The notes under the pieces were generated by a model. That model ran no database searches. It was not told the origin of the DNA and was given only the letters and a program-made list of their open reading frames with translations. The position numbers were made by a program, and so were the translations under genes. This document shows positions 18,139 through 26,222 of a DNA stretch of 32,000 bases, piece by piece. The stretch comes from a bacterium (GTDB taxonomy: Bacteria; UBP7; UBA6624): assembly GCA_002716355.1 (NCBI GenBank), contig PBAU01000002.1, positions 107,121 to 139,120 on the forward strand. The letters run 5' to 3'. Every line of letters begins with the position of its first letter. Position 1 is the stretch's first letter.

Positions 18139-18882
18139 ATGTCGGACAATAAAGACCATGCATCTGTAAAACAATACATACAGGTTGCAATTATTTTAGC
18201 TTTGATAACTTGGCTTGAAGTAGTGATGCCGAACTGGCCTGTTCAATGGGTATTTACATTTGGTTTGTTGATTTTGGCAATTTTTAAATTTGTTTATGTA
18301 ATACAGATTTTCATGCATCTCAAATATGACAATAAGTTTTTCACAATATTATTGTTTTTTGGATTATTTTTAGCTGTAGGCACGATTTCAGCATTAATGA
18401 AAATTTATGATAGGGATTTCACTCTTCCATCGTTTATGGCACAATCAATGGGTCATGAGGAAACTAGCACGGATCATTCAGGAGAATCTGATCAAGCCAG
18501 TGTGGTTGAGGATTGTGCAGAAAGGGTGCCCTTTGATATAGAGATCATCGCTTCCGATCCAATGAATTTTGATATAGACGAGATAGTCGTTCCTTCTTGT
18601 TCAACAATAACCCTGACACTTGTAAATGATTCAAATATGGAGCATAATTTCGTTCTCATTTCTGAAGGGAAAGGAAATGAAATTGCTATGGCTGCAGTTG
18701 ATGCAGGCCCCTTGAATAACTATGTTCCAGAATCAGAAGATGTTCTTTTTGGAGGGGCTCTTGTTAAACCTCAAATTACAGAATCTTTTACATTTGATTC
18801 TCCTCCAATTGGTGAGTATGAATTTTTATGCACTTTTCCTGGTCATTATGTATTCATGAAAGGTTCTTTTACCGTTGAGTGA
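18139..18882 (+). CDS. Cytochrome oxidase subunit IV-like (CtaF/COX4_pro-like) membrane anchor fused to an azurin-type cupredoxin domain
   Basis: A GGAGG Shine-Dalgarno lies at 18126-18130, 8 nt before the ATG. Residues 1-90 form three TM helices with the subunit-IV-like block ...IFKFVYVIQIFMHLKYD... Residues ~95-130 form an acidic/Ser-rich linker. Residues ~131-247 form a cupredoxin with SNMEHNFVL (His169, 18643-18645) and FLCTFPGHYVFMKG (Cys231 at 18829-18831, His236, Met240). Confidence 0.7.
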   Translation: MSDNKDHASVKQYIQVAIILALITWLEVVMPNWPVQWVFTFGLLILAIFKFVYVIQIFMHLKYDNKFFTILLFFGLFLAVGTISALMKIYDRDFTLPSFMAQSMGHEETSTDHSGESDQASVVEDCAERVPFDIEIIASDPMNFDIDEIVVPSCSTITLTLVNDSNMEHNFVLISEGKGNEIAMAAVDAGPLNNYVPESEDVLFGGALVKPQITESFTFDSPPIGEYEFLCTFPGHYVFMKGSFTVE

Positions 18883-18896
18883 TTGGTGGAGTGTTT

Positions 18897-19304
18897 ATGA
18901 GTAAAAAAGAACCAAAAGTAATTGGTATTGGTGGTATTTTATTCAAATCAAAAAATCCTGATAAAACTAAAAAATGGTATCAAGAAAATTTAGGATTACC
19001 AACAGATCAATGGGGAACAATGTTTAAATCAAGAGATATTGATAACCCTGATCAAGTAAATTATCTTCAATGGAGTCCCTTTGATAAAAAAACTGATTAT
19101 TTTGATCCTTCTAAAAAAGAATTTATGATTAATTATAGGGTTCAAAATATTGAAGAATTTGTGAAAGTTTTAAAAGACAAAGAAATAACTGTTTTAGATG
19201 AAATTACTGAATATGATGGAATAGGTAAATTTGTTCATATTCTTGACCCTGAAGGTAATAAAATTGAACTTTGGGAACCACCAAAGTCCAACACAGTTGA
19301 GTAA
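18897..19304 (+). CDS. VOC (glyoxalase/bleomycin-resistance/dioxygenase) superfamily protein
   Basis: About 135 aa from the ATG at 18897, with GGAG 5 nt upstream. Motifs are IGIGGILFKSKNPDKTKKWYQENLGL and GKFVHILDPEGNKIELWEP, which is the typical VOC beta-alpha-beta-beta-beta pattern. It is markedly AT-rich compared with its neighbours. Confidence 0.7.
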   Translation: MSKKEPKVIGIGGILFKSKNPDKTKKWYQENLGLPTDQWGTMFKSRDIDNPDQVNYLQWSPFDKKTDYFDPSKKEFMINYRVQNIEEFVKVLKDKEITVLDEITEYDGIGKFVHILDPEGNKIELWEPPKSNTVE

Positions 19305-19309
19305 AGCTA

Positions 19310-20122
19310 TTGTTGTTAGGTTTATTTCTTCATCCTAGTTCCGAGCACTCAGCTCTTGATGGTCCTTACATATGGAATCATTCCGTGCCGGTAATATCCC
19401 TTTTACTAGGAATGCTATTTGCTTACTTGTTGGTAGTTGGGCCAAGAAGAAAAGACTGGGTTGAAAACAAATCCTTTCCATCGAAAAATTTTACTTATTG
19501 GCTATTGGGCCTTGTGTCTTTATATTTGGCTATTGCTTCGCCAATAGATCACATTGGTGAAAAGTATTTATTTTGGGTGCATATGGTTCAGCATATCATT
19601 TTGATATTCATATCGCCTATCTTTTTTCTCCTAGCCATTCCACAATGGATGGCAGAAAGACTATTTGCAAAGAACTCAAAATTAGAGAAAATTACTCATC
19701 CTTTTTTTGCTGCTTTAATATTTAATACCATTTTTATTTTTTGGCACATTCCTTATTTTTATGAGTTAGCACTAGTCAATAAAATGGTGCACGATCTTGA
19801 GCATTTAACCTTTGTTATTGGGGCTTTGATTATGTGGTGGCCCATTATTAGGCCAGTCAAAAGTTGGCAAAAGCAACCTGGTTCAAGCTTGCTTCTTTAT
19901 CTTTTTGTAATTGTGACATTTCAGATTCCTCTTTTTGTGCTTTTGACTTTTTCTCCTGATTTATGGTATCCATTTTATGGAGAGGCTTCAAGACTTGAAG
20001 GATGGTTGGATATTTCTGCAATTGAAGATCAGGCCTTAGGCGGATTGATAATGAAGACCATTGCCGGTTTTGCATATTTTGTTGCTTTTGTGTATGTTTG
20101 GTTGAAATGGGCTAAGGATTAA
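19310..20122 (+). CDS. ctaG: Cytochrome c oxidase assembly factor CtaG (Bacillus caa3_CtaG-type membrane protein)
   Basis: 270-aa polytopic protein. The block ASPIDHIGEKYLFWVHMVQHIILIFISPIFFLLAIPQW carries the HMxQH motif I associate with the caa3_CtaG family. It occupies the last position of the cta cluster, as in Bacillus. The start is TTG. Confidence 0.7.
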   Translation: MLLGLFLHPSSEHSALDGPYIWNHSVPVISLLLGMLFAYLLVVGPRRKDWVENKSFPSKNFTYWLLGLVSLYLAIASPIDHIGEKYLFWVHMVQHIILIFISPIFFLLAIPQWMAERLFAKNSKLEKITHPFFAALIFNTIFIFWHIPYFYELALVNKMVHDLEHLTFVIGALIMWWPIIRPVKSWQKQPGSSLLLYLFVIVTFQIPLFVLLTFSPDLWYPFYGEASRLEGWLDISAIEDQALGGLIMKTIAGFAYFVAFVYVWLKWAKD

Positions 20123-23100
20123 ATTCAATCCCCAGTTCATCAAAAACAAAAGCCCATGTATCTGCCAGCTCTTCAACTACCTTATGTAAAGGTTTGCCAG
20201 CTCCATGACCGGCATTTTTTTCAACCCGTAAGAGAGTTAATGATTGCGGATGCAGTTCTTGAACAAGTGCAGCGAATTTTCGTGCATGCAATGGATCCAC
20301 TCTTGTATCATGGTCAGCAGTTTTTAAAAGGAGATTAGGCCATTCTTCAGCTGATGGGACGTTATGGTAAGGGCTGTATGCATGCAGCCATTCAAAATCC
20401 TCTTTTTTGTCAGGGTCTCCGTATTCAGCTCTCCATAAACTTGCAATTAGGAATTTAGGGAATCGAATCATATCCAGCAATGGAACAGAGCACACTACAG
20501 CTTTAAAAAGTTCAGGTCTTTGGGTCATTGTTGCGCCAACCAGTAAGCCGCCATTGCTACCGCCAGAAATTACTATCTTGTTTGAATTTGTATATTTATT
20601 TTCTATTAGCCATTCAGCAGCTGCAATAAAGTCATCAAAAGTATTTTGTTTATTTCCCAACATGCCATCGTTATGCCACGAAGAACCATATTCACTGCCA
20701 CCTCTTAAATTTGGAAGAGCAAAAATTCCACCACTTTCCAAAAACGGGATTATGCTTGATCGAAATCCAGGAGTTTGCGAGATTGCAAATCCACCATAAC
20801 CGTATAGGTATGTTGGATTTTTTCCATCGAGAATAACATTTTTTTTATGGACGACAAACATTGTTACAATCGTCCCATCTTTTGATTCATATTCGACCTG
20901 CTTAACGGTTATGTCATCAGTTTTAGCATTAGATTTATTTTGTTCCCAGATTATTGTTTTGTCTGTTTTGTCATCCCACCTATAGATTGTTGTTGGGGAG
21001 TTGAAAGAAGTGTACGAGTAATAGTAAGGACCCTGCTCTTTTCTTGCGCTAAATGTTCCAATGCTCCCAATGCCAGGAAGCGGAATATCAGATATTTTGT
21101 TTGTTTCAGGATCCAATAACTTCATTACATGGTGTGCTTTTTTCATGTATCTCAACACTATTTTTCCACCTGCCCACCAAGCTTCAAACATGTTTTCACC
21201 TGGTTTTAAAACCAAAGTCCAGCTATTTTTTTGAAGTTTTGCGCTATCAAGCTGAATTTTCCAAAGCATGCCATTTGGACTATTTTCACTTGTTTCACTC
21301 ACGTAAAAAGCATCATTTCTGAAAAGCATTTGACCATAGTAGGTTTTGTGGTCCATTTCTGTAATCGGGATTATCTCATTCGAATCTTTTAAATTTTTGA
21401 TGAAAATTTGACTTGTATCCCAACCATTCCATGCATTTATGATTAGCCATTCGCCATTATCGCTTACCAAAGGTACTGGCCACTCCTCCTTTATCCTGCC
21501 TTCTCCGAAAATGTATTTATCATCTTGCCAGTTATCACCCATTTTGTGAAAATATATTTTTCGATAGTAATCTTCATCTCCTGCAGGTACAGTTCCTGGA
21601 ACAGGCCATCTGCCATAAAAAAATCCTGAATTGTCAGGTAGCCATGCTGGCGAACCCCAACGTGCATATGGAATTTCATCCTTGTATTTATATCCATCTT
21701 TAACTCTTTTGATATGTATGGTTGATTTCTCATCTCCATTTTCGCTAATACCATAAGCTATATGGCTTCCATCAGGAGAAATACTATACCAATCAAGACT
21801 CGTGGTGCCTTTTTCATTCCATGAATTTGGATTAAGAAGAATCGATCCAGATCCATCATTCGGATTCAGTCTTTCTTGAATTGGGTGTTTGCTTGAAGCC
21901 GGATAATCCTTCCAAAAAAGTACAGAGTGATTTTGGCCAGCTTTTCTTTCTGACCAAAACATTCTTTTGCCAAAAAATGTAGGAGCGCCAGTGCTATCGT
22001 TGTTTGTCAGTTTTTCAAAACTGGTTTTTAACTTTTCATGGTTTTTTAAATTATGCAAATAGGTTCTTGTTATTACATCTTGGCTGTCAGACCATTTAAG
22101 AACCTCATCAGACTCTCCATCCTCTAACCACCTGTAGTTGTCTGTAATCTCAATTCCATGCACGTTTTCAACAACAGGTATTTTTTTTGTCGGCAATATG
22201 AATGAAGCAGCAATAAGGCGTTCATCATCTTTCCAATCTTCTTCAATGGATAGGGAGGATGCATGACCTTCCATAGTAAGTGTTTCAACAATTGCTTCTG
22301 CAACATCCGCACCCCTTGCTCTAACTGATCTGCTTTGTTCCATGTGTATAAATTTTCCTGTTGTTTTTTGTGCAGATGTTAAACATGGTTCAGATACTCC
22401 ATTTACATCTCTGCCTTGAACATTAGTGCTCCCACATAAGTGAAGCTTCCTGGTTGCCCCCTCATAGTCATTGCATGTTGTTACATTTTCATTTTCAAAT
22501 CTTTTCGATAAATTGTCAGCTAGCCTAGCAACAAAGCTTTCTTTTGAGGTTTGTAATGATGTGCCATCAGAAAGACTGATCCCGCCTGCAGCCATTCCAT
22601 GAATACTTATAGTTATTGATTCGGGAAAGGTTTCAGTTGTTTTTTTGTGCATTGTGTGAAAAAGTGTCCTATCGTTATGAGCAGGATCGGATATTCCATA
22701 TGCTTTTCTTTCAGGCCTTGAGCATGCCGTTGTTGTTCCTGAACAACCAGAAGGTTTTTGATTTGTGCACCTGTGCGTCCCGCTAATGATTAAAACTTTT
22801 GCATTTGAATTTTTAAATATTTCCAAACCCTGCTTTAAGGTTCCATCAAATATTGGATGTGGTGTCTCCAAGATTAAATCTAATCCTTTTTTTCTCAAAA
22901 GCATCCATGGCCAACCTTTTTTTGAGGGACTCCATTGATAAACCTGATTTTTTTTATCGACACACAATCTGTAACCAGCCTGTTTTGCTTTTTCTGACGC
23001 TAGACCTGGTTGATTTTCAACAAGATGATCAAACGACATTTTCCATAAATTTTTGAGTTGCTTGCTTTCTTCTTGATATATCCCCTCATTAGGCTTCAGT

Positions 23101-23216
23101 ATGCTGTCAGAATTAATATTTTTCCAATCTGAATCTAAACATTCTGGAATCACAAAATTAAATAAAAAAATCCACATTGTTTTTCTCCTTCTTTTGAATA
23201 ATTTGATTATAAGCAA
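20112..23216 (-). CDS. Prolyl oligopeptidase (S9A serine peptidase) with an additional ~300-aa Cys-rich N-terminal domain
   Basis: Residues ~345-1034 are a canonical POP. They show GIEITDNYRWLED, a beta-propeller region, the catalytic Ser in ISGGSNGGLL, Asp in TADHDTRVDP and His in NAGHGAGKP. Residues ~27-320 form an extra domain with 8 Cys. The start is either TTG 23216 (which gives the KRRRK n-region of a signal peptide) or ATG 23177 (AAGGAG at 23185-23190, 7-nt spacer). Confidence 0.85.
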   Translation of the reverse strand: MLIIKLFKRRRKTMWIFLFNFVIPECLDSDWKNINSDSILKPNEGIYQEESKQLKNLWKMSFDHLVENQPGLASEKAKQAGYRLCVDKKNQVYQWSPSKKGWPWMLLRKKGLDLILETPHPIFDGTLKQGLEIFKNSNAKVLIISGTHRCTNQKPSGCSGTTTACSRPERKAYGISDPAHNDRTLFHTMHKKTTETFPESITISIHGMAAGGISLSDGTSLQTSKESFVARLADNLSKRFENENVTTCNDYEGATRKLHLCGSTNVQGRDVNGVSEPCLTSAQKTTGKFIHMEQSRSVRARGADVAEAIVETLTMEGHASSLSIEEDWKDDERLIAASFILPTKKIPVVENVHGIEITDNYRWLEDGESDEVLKWSDSQDVITRTYLHNLKNHEKLKTSFEKLTNNDSTGAPTFFGKRMFWSERKAGQNHSVLFWKDYPASSKHPIQERLNPNDGSGSILLNPNSWNEKGTTSLDWYSISPDGSHIAYGISENGDEKSTIHIKRVKDGYKYKDEIPYARWGSPAWLPDNSGFFYGRWPVPGTVPAGDEDYYRKIYFHKMGDNWQDDKYIFGEGRIKEEWPVPLVSDNGEWLIINAWNGWDTSQIFIKNLKDSNEIIPITEMDHKTYYGQMLFRNDAFYVSETSENSPNGMLWKIQLDSAKLQKNSWTLVLKPGENMFEAWWAGGKIVLRYMKKAHHVMKLLDPETNKISDIPLPGIGSIGTFSARKEQGPYYYSYTSFNSPTTIYRWDDKTDKTIIWEQNKSNAKTDDITVKQVEYESKDGTIVTMFVVHKKNVILDGKNPTYLYGYGGFAISQTPGFRSSIIPFLESGGIFALPNLRGGSEYGSSWHNDGMLGNKQNTFDDFIAAAEWLIENKYTNSNKIVISGGSNGGLLVGATMTQRPELFKAVVCSVPLLDMIRFPKFLIASLWRAEYGDPDKKEDFEWLHAYSPYHNVPSAEEWPNLLLKTADHDTRVDPLHARKFAALVQELHPQSLTLLRVEKNAGHGAGKPLHKVVEELADTWAFVFDELGIEFNP

Positions 23217-23239
23217 CCCTTTGTAATAGACTTTCTATT

Positions 23240-24112
23240 ATGAAAACCATGCTGGCGTTTGATATTGGCGGAACTAAAATATCGTGCGCTTTGGTAACTA
23301 ACGGAAAAATCCTTTGCAAGCAGGAACAGAAAACAGTCAAATCAGACACGGCTGAAGATTTTGTACAGCAAGTTTTTACAATGGGACAGCCTTGGATTGA
23401 TAAAGCAGATAAAGTCGCTATAGCGACTCTAGGGCTTATTGATCAGGGTTGCTGGAGTGCTCCAACATTAGATTTAAAAGATGGTGAAAATTTTCCTCTA
23501 GCAAAAAAATTAACAAAATTATTTCATAAAGATGTAATTGTTGTTAATGATGCGCAAGCAGCAGCCTGGGGGGAGTATCGGTTTGGAGCCGGAAGAAAAA
23601 AAGATATGCTCTTTATAACTGTTTCTACAGGTGTTGGCGGAGGTCTTGTTTCGCATGGCAAATTGATAACAGGTAAGACAGGACTAGCAGGACATATAGG
23701 ACATATACAGATTGATCCTGATGGTCTGAAGTGCACCTGCGGTAGGAAAGGGTGCCTTCAAGCCTATGTTTCTGGTGAGGGTATTGCCTTTGCTGCACAG
23801 CCTTATTACCCAAAAGCAACTGCAAAAGATGTCTTTGAACAAGCTGCTAATGGTGAAGGGTGGGCTAAGGACATTTTGTACACCTCTGCCTCATTGTTAA
23901 CAACAGCTATTTCCAATGCTAAAAGCATGCTTGACATTGAGATTGCCATTATTGGTGGAAGTGTTGGTTTGGCTGAAGGTTATATAGGGATGTTGCAAAA
24001 AGAAATGCTTAAAGAAGATGATTTATATAGTGTTGAAATAACCAAAGCCATTCTAGGGAAAGATGCTGGCTTGATTGGTGCTGCTTCACTTCCTTCGGGT
24101 TATCAAAACTGA
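23240..24112 (+). CDS. nanK: ROK-family sugar kinase, N-acetylmannosamine kinase-like
   Basis: 290 aa. Motifs are LAFDIGGTKISCALV, VNDAQAAAWGEY, FITVSTGVGGGLVSHGKLITGKTGLAGHIGH, the zinc motif CTCGRKGCLQAYVSG, and IIGGSVGLAEGY...DAGLIGAA. It is collinear with E. coli NanK as I remember it. No other nan genes are nearby, so substrate specificity is uncertain. Confidence 0.7.
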   Translation: MKTMLAFDIGGTKISCALVTNGKILCKQEQKTVKSDTAEDFVQQVFTMGQPWIDKADKVAIATLGLIDQGCWSAPTLDLKDGENFPLAKKLTKLFHKDVIVVNDAQAAAWGEYRFGAGRKKDMLFITVSTGVGGGLVSHGKLITGKTGLAGHIGHIQIDPDGLKCTCGRKGCLQAYVSGEGIAFAAQPYYPKATAKDVFEQAANGEGWAKDILYTSASLLTTAISNAKSMLDIEIAIIGGSVGLAEGYIGMLQKEMLKEDDLYSVEITKAILGKDAGLIGAASLPSGYQN

Positions 24113-24912
24113 TCATCCATAAATGAATCTGGTAATAATCTTGCAACAATTGTTTTTAGTTTATGCATAGGGCCAACGATATATCTTGTTTTGGGTTTAG
24201 ATGATTCCAAGGAATCAATAACTGCATCTACAACATATTTGGCGTCAAGAGCTTTTTTTTCTGCTTCCGAAGCACCGTTTAAAAGTGAATTGATTTCATC
24301 TTGGTAAAGTTGAAGTTTTTCCTTAGGGAGTTTTTTCATTTGGGAATCTCCTCTACTGAGAGTTTTGTTCCAAATGGGCGTTTTCATTGATCCAGGTTCG
24401 ATAATTGAAACTTTTATATCCCATTTTTTTAATTCTCTTCTGAACCCATCGCCTATAGCTTCTAGTGCATGTTTGCTAGCTGCATACATGCCCAATAATG
24501 GAAAAACAATCATCCCACTTACAGAGCTTATAAACACAATTCTTCCTTGTGCTTTTCGGATTGCTGGCAAAAAATCTTGTGTTACTGAAATTTGGGATAT
24601 GACATTTACATCCAATTGTTTTCTTGCATCCTCGATAGGCATTAACTCAAGCGGTCCAGGGCAGACTATCCCAGCATTATTAACAAGAGCATCTAAAGAA
24701 TTTCCGATTTTTAAAACAGCTTTTTCAATATGTTCTTTTTTAGTTATGTCAAGGATGATGGGTTGTAGGTTTTTAGACCCTCCAGCTTGCAGGTTTTTTT
24801 TATCTTTTTGAGTCCTGACACCGGCAAACACTTGCCAACCTTGTTGGTCTAAAGAAAGGGCAATTGCTTTTCCAATACCTGTAGATGCACCAGTAATTAG
24901 TATTTTTTTCAC
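24103..24912 (-). CDS. Short-chain dehydrogenase/reductase (classical SDR)
   Basis: 269 aa with the motifs ILITGASTGIGKAIA (TGxxxGxG), LVNNAGI and the Ser...YAASKHAL catalytic YxxxK. Confidence 0.85.
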   Translation of the reverse strand: MKKILITGASTGIGKAIALSLDQQGWQVFAGVRTQKDKKNLQAGGSKNLQPIILDITKKEHIEKAVLKIGNSLDALVNNAGIVCPGPLELMPIEDARKQLDVNVISQISVTQDFLPAIRKAQGRIVFISSVSGMIVFPLLGMYAASKHALEAIGDGFRRELKKWDIKVSIIEPGSMKTPIWNKTLSRGDSQMKKLPKEKLQLYQDEINSLLNGASEAEKKALDAKYVVDAVIDSLESSKPKTRYIVGPMHKLKTIVARLLPDSFMDDQF

Positions 24913-24981
24913 TTCCTTTACTCTAAATCATTAAAAATATAAATAAAAAAAATGTAAACTAAAGACTAATTAACTTTGATT

Positions 24982-26199
24982 ATGTTTTTATTTAACATTT
25001 TGCCCATTTTTTCTGATGATGCATATTTAACTGCATACTTTGCTGATTCTTTTGTTGGGGGATCGGGTTTTCCAAATTCAGACACTGTGACTTTATTGGG
25101 TATTACAGACCCTTTGTATCTTTATTTTGTTAGTTTTTTAGTTTATGTTGGCTTGACACCATTAACTGCTATTCATTTGGTTAATTCATTATCTATATTC
25201 TTGATTTTTGCAATAATCAAAAAAGAAAAAGGCACTTCAATTTTTTTCATTGTTTTAGCATTTATTTCACTGTGGTATCAATTGCTTGTAGGTAACGGTA
25301 ATGGATTGTTCATGCTTTTCTTTTTGCTTTATTTGATTGATTACAAAAAACTAGAACCTATTTGGTTATCCCTGGCCACTTCGGTCAGGTTTGATTTTGG
25401 CCTCTATCTTGCATATGTGTTTATAGGCAAGCTCAAAGAAAAAGATTTTCAGTGGTGCCTCAAGGCATTTTTTTCTTTTGTCCCTGTCTTGATGTTAAAT
25501 TTATTTTTTTGGAAAACACCAATTCCAAACACATTGCTTTCTAAAAGATTGATGTACGACAGGTTATTTATGCTGGATTTCGAAGTTCCAGACCATCTTC
25601 AATGGTTAATTTTGTCAATTTGCTTTGCTTTACTCTTCAAGAAGATTAACAAAAAAGTGATTTTAGCTGCGCTAGCTTTTAGTCTTTCCTGGGCCTTTGC
25701 GGGAGTTTCACCTGGAAATGCCTTTTCAATGCTGGGCTTTATGCTTCTATTGGCTTTTGTTTTTTCAAGCCATCAAGACTTTATTGCCTTGCTTAAAAAG
25801 CAAATGTTCAAGATATGCTTAATTGCTTGTGCATTAACACTGCCTCAAACTATAAGAATTTATCAAAAATGGGAAGATCACCATTATGTGACTTCCGAGA
25901 TTAGCAAGTTGATGCCAGAACAAGGCTGCACACTTGTGTATTGGTATTTTGGTTATCTAAGACACCATTCAGATGCGTGCCTGGTTGACGGTTCCGGTTT
26001 CTTTGACAAGAATAGCTTTGAACTTTTAAGTGAAACAAAATCAAATGAGATATTTTTAAGGCTTTCGGAAAAACCCTCTTCCGTAATTCATTTTCACCAA
26101 CCAGATGTCGAACCGCTGAGGTATCTGCCGGAATACCCATTTTCAAGAATAATCAAGGGCAAATATATTCAAGCTATCATATATACAAAAGATTTTTAG
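24982..26199 (+). CDS. Polytopic membrane protein, possibly a GT-C-type glycosyltransferase
   Basis: About 405 aa with roughly 9-10 hydrophobic helices and a ~110-aa soluble C-terminus. The N-terminal loop SDDAYLTAYFADSFVGGSGFPNSDTVTLLGITDPLY resembles the DDA(Y/F)I...G.G...N......G.T.PLW opening that I recall from uncharacterised arabinofuranosyltransferase-like GT-C proteins. I take the ATG at 24982; the track ORF starts at TTG 24976. Confidence 0.45.
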   Translation: MFLFNILPIFSDDAYLTAYFADSFVGGSGFPNSDTVTLLGITDPLYLYFVSFLVYVGLTPLTAIHLVNSLSIFLIFAIIKKEKGTSIFFIVLAFISLWYQLLVGNGNGLFMLFFLLYLIDYKKLEPIWLSLATSVRFDFGLYLAYVFIGKLKEKDFQWCLKAFFSFVPVLMLNLFFWKTPIPNTLLSKRLMYDRLFMLDFEVPDHLQWLILSICFALLFKKINKKVILAALAFSLSWAFAGVSPGNAFSMLGFMLLLAFVFSSHQDFIALLKKQMFKICLIACALTLPQTIRIYQKWEDHHYVTSEISKLMPEQGCTLVYWYFGYLRHHSDACLVDGSGFFDKNSFELLSETKSNEIFLRLSEKPSSVIHFHQPDVEPLRYLPEYPFSRIIKGKYIQAIIYTKDF

Positions 26200-26222
26200 A
26201 TAGTAGGATAATAGAAGCCTTT

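Noticed and set aside
23177-23216. Whether the oligopeptidase starts at TTG 23216 or ATG 23177
   Set aside because: This is not resolved. ATG 23177 has an excellent AAGGAG 7 nt upstream, but it removes the basic n-region (KRRRK) that would make a proper signal peptide. I reported the longer ORF and flagged the alternative.
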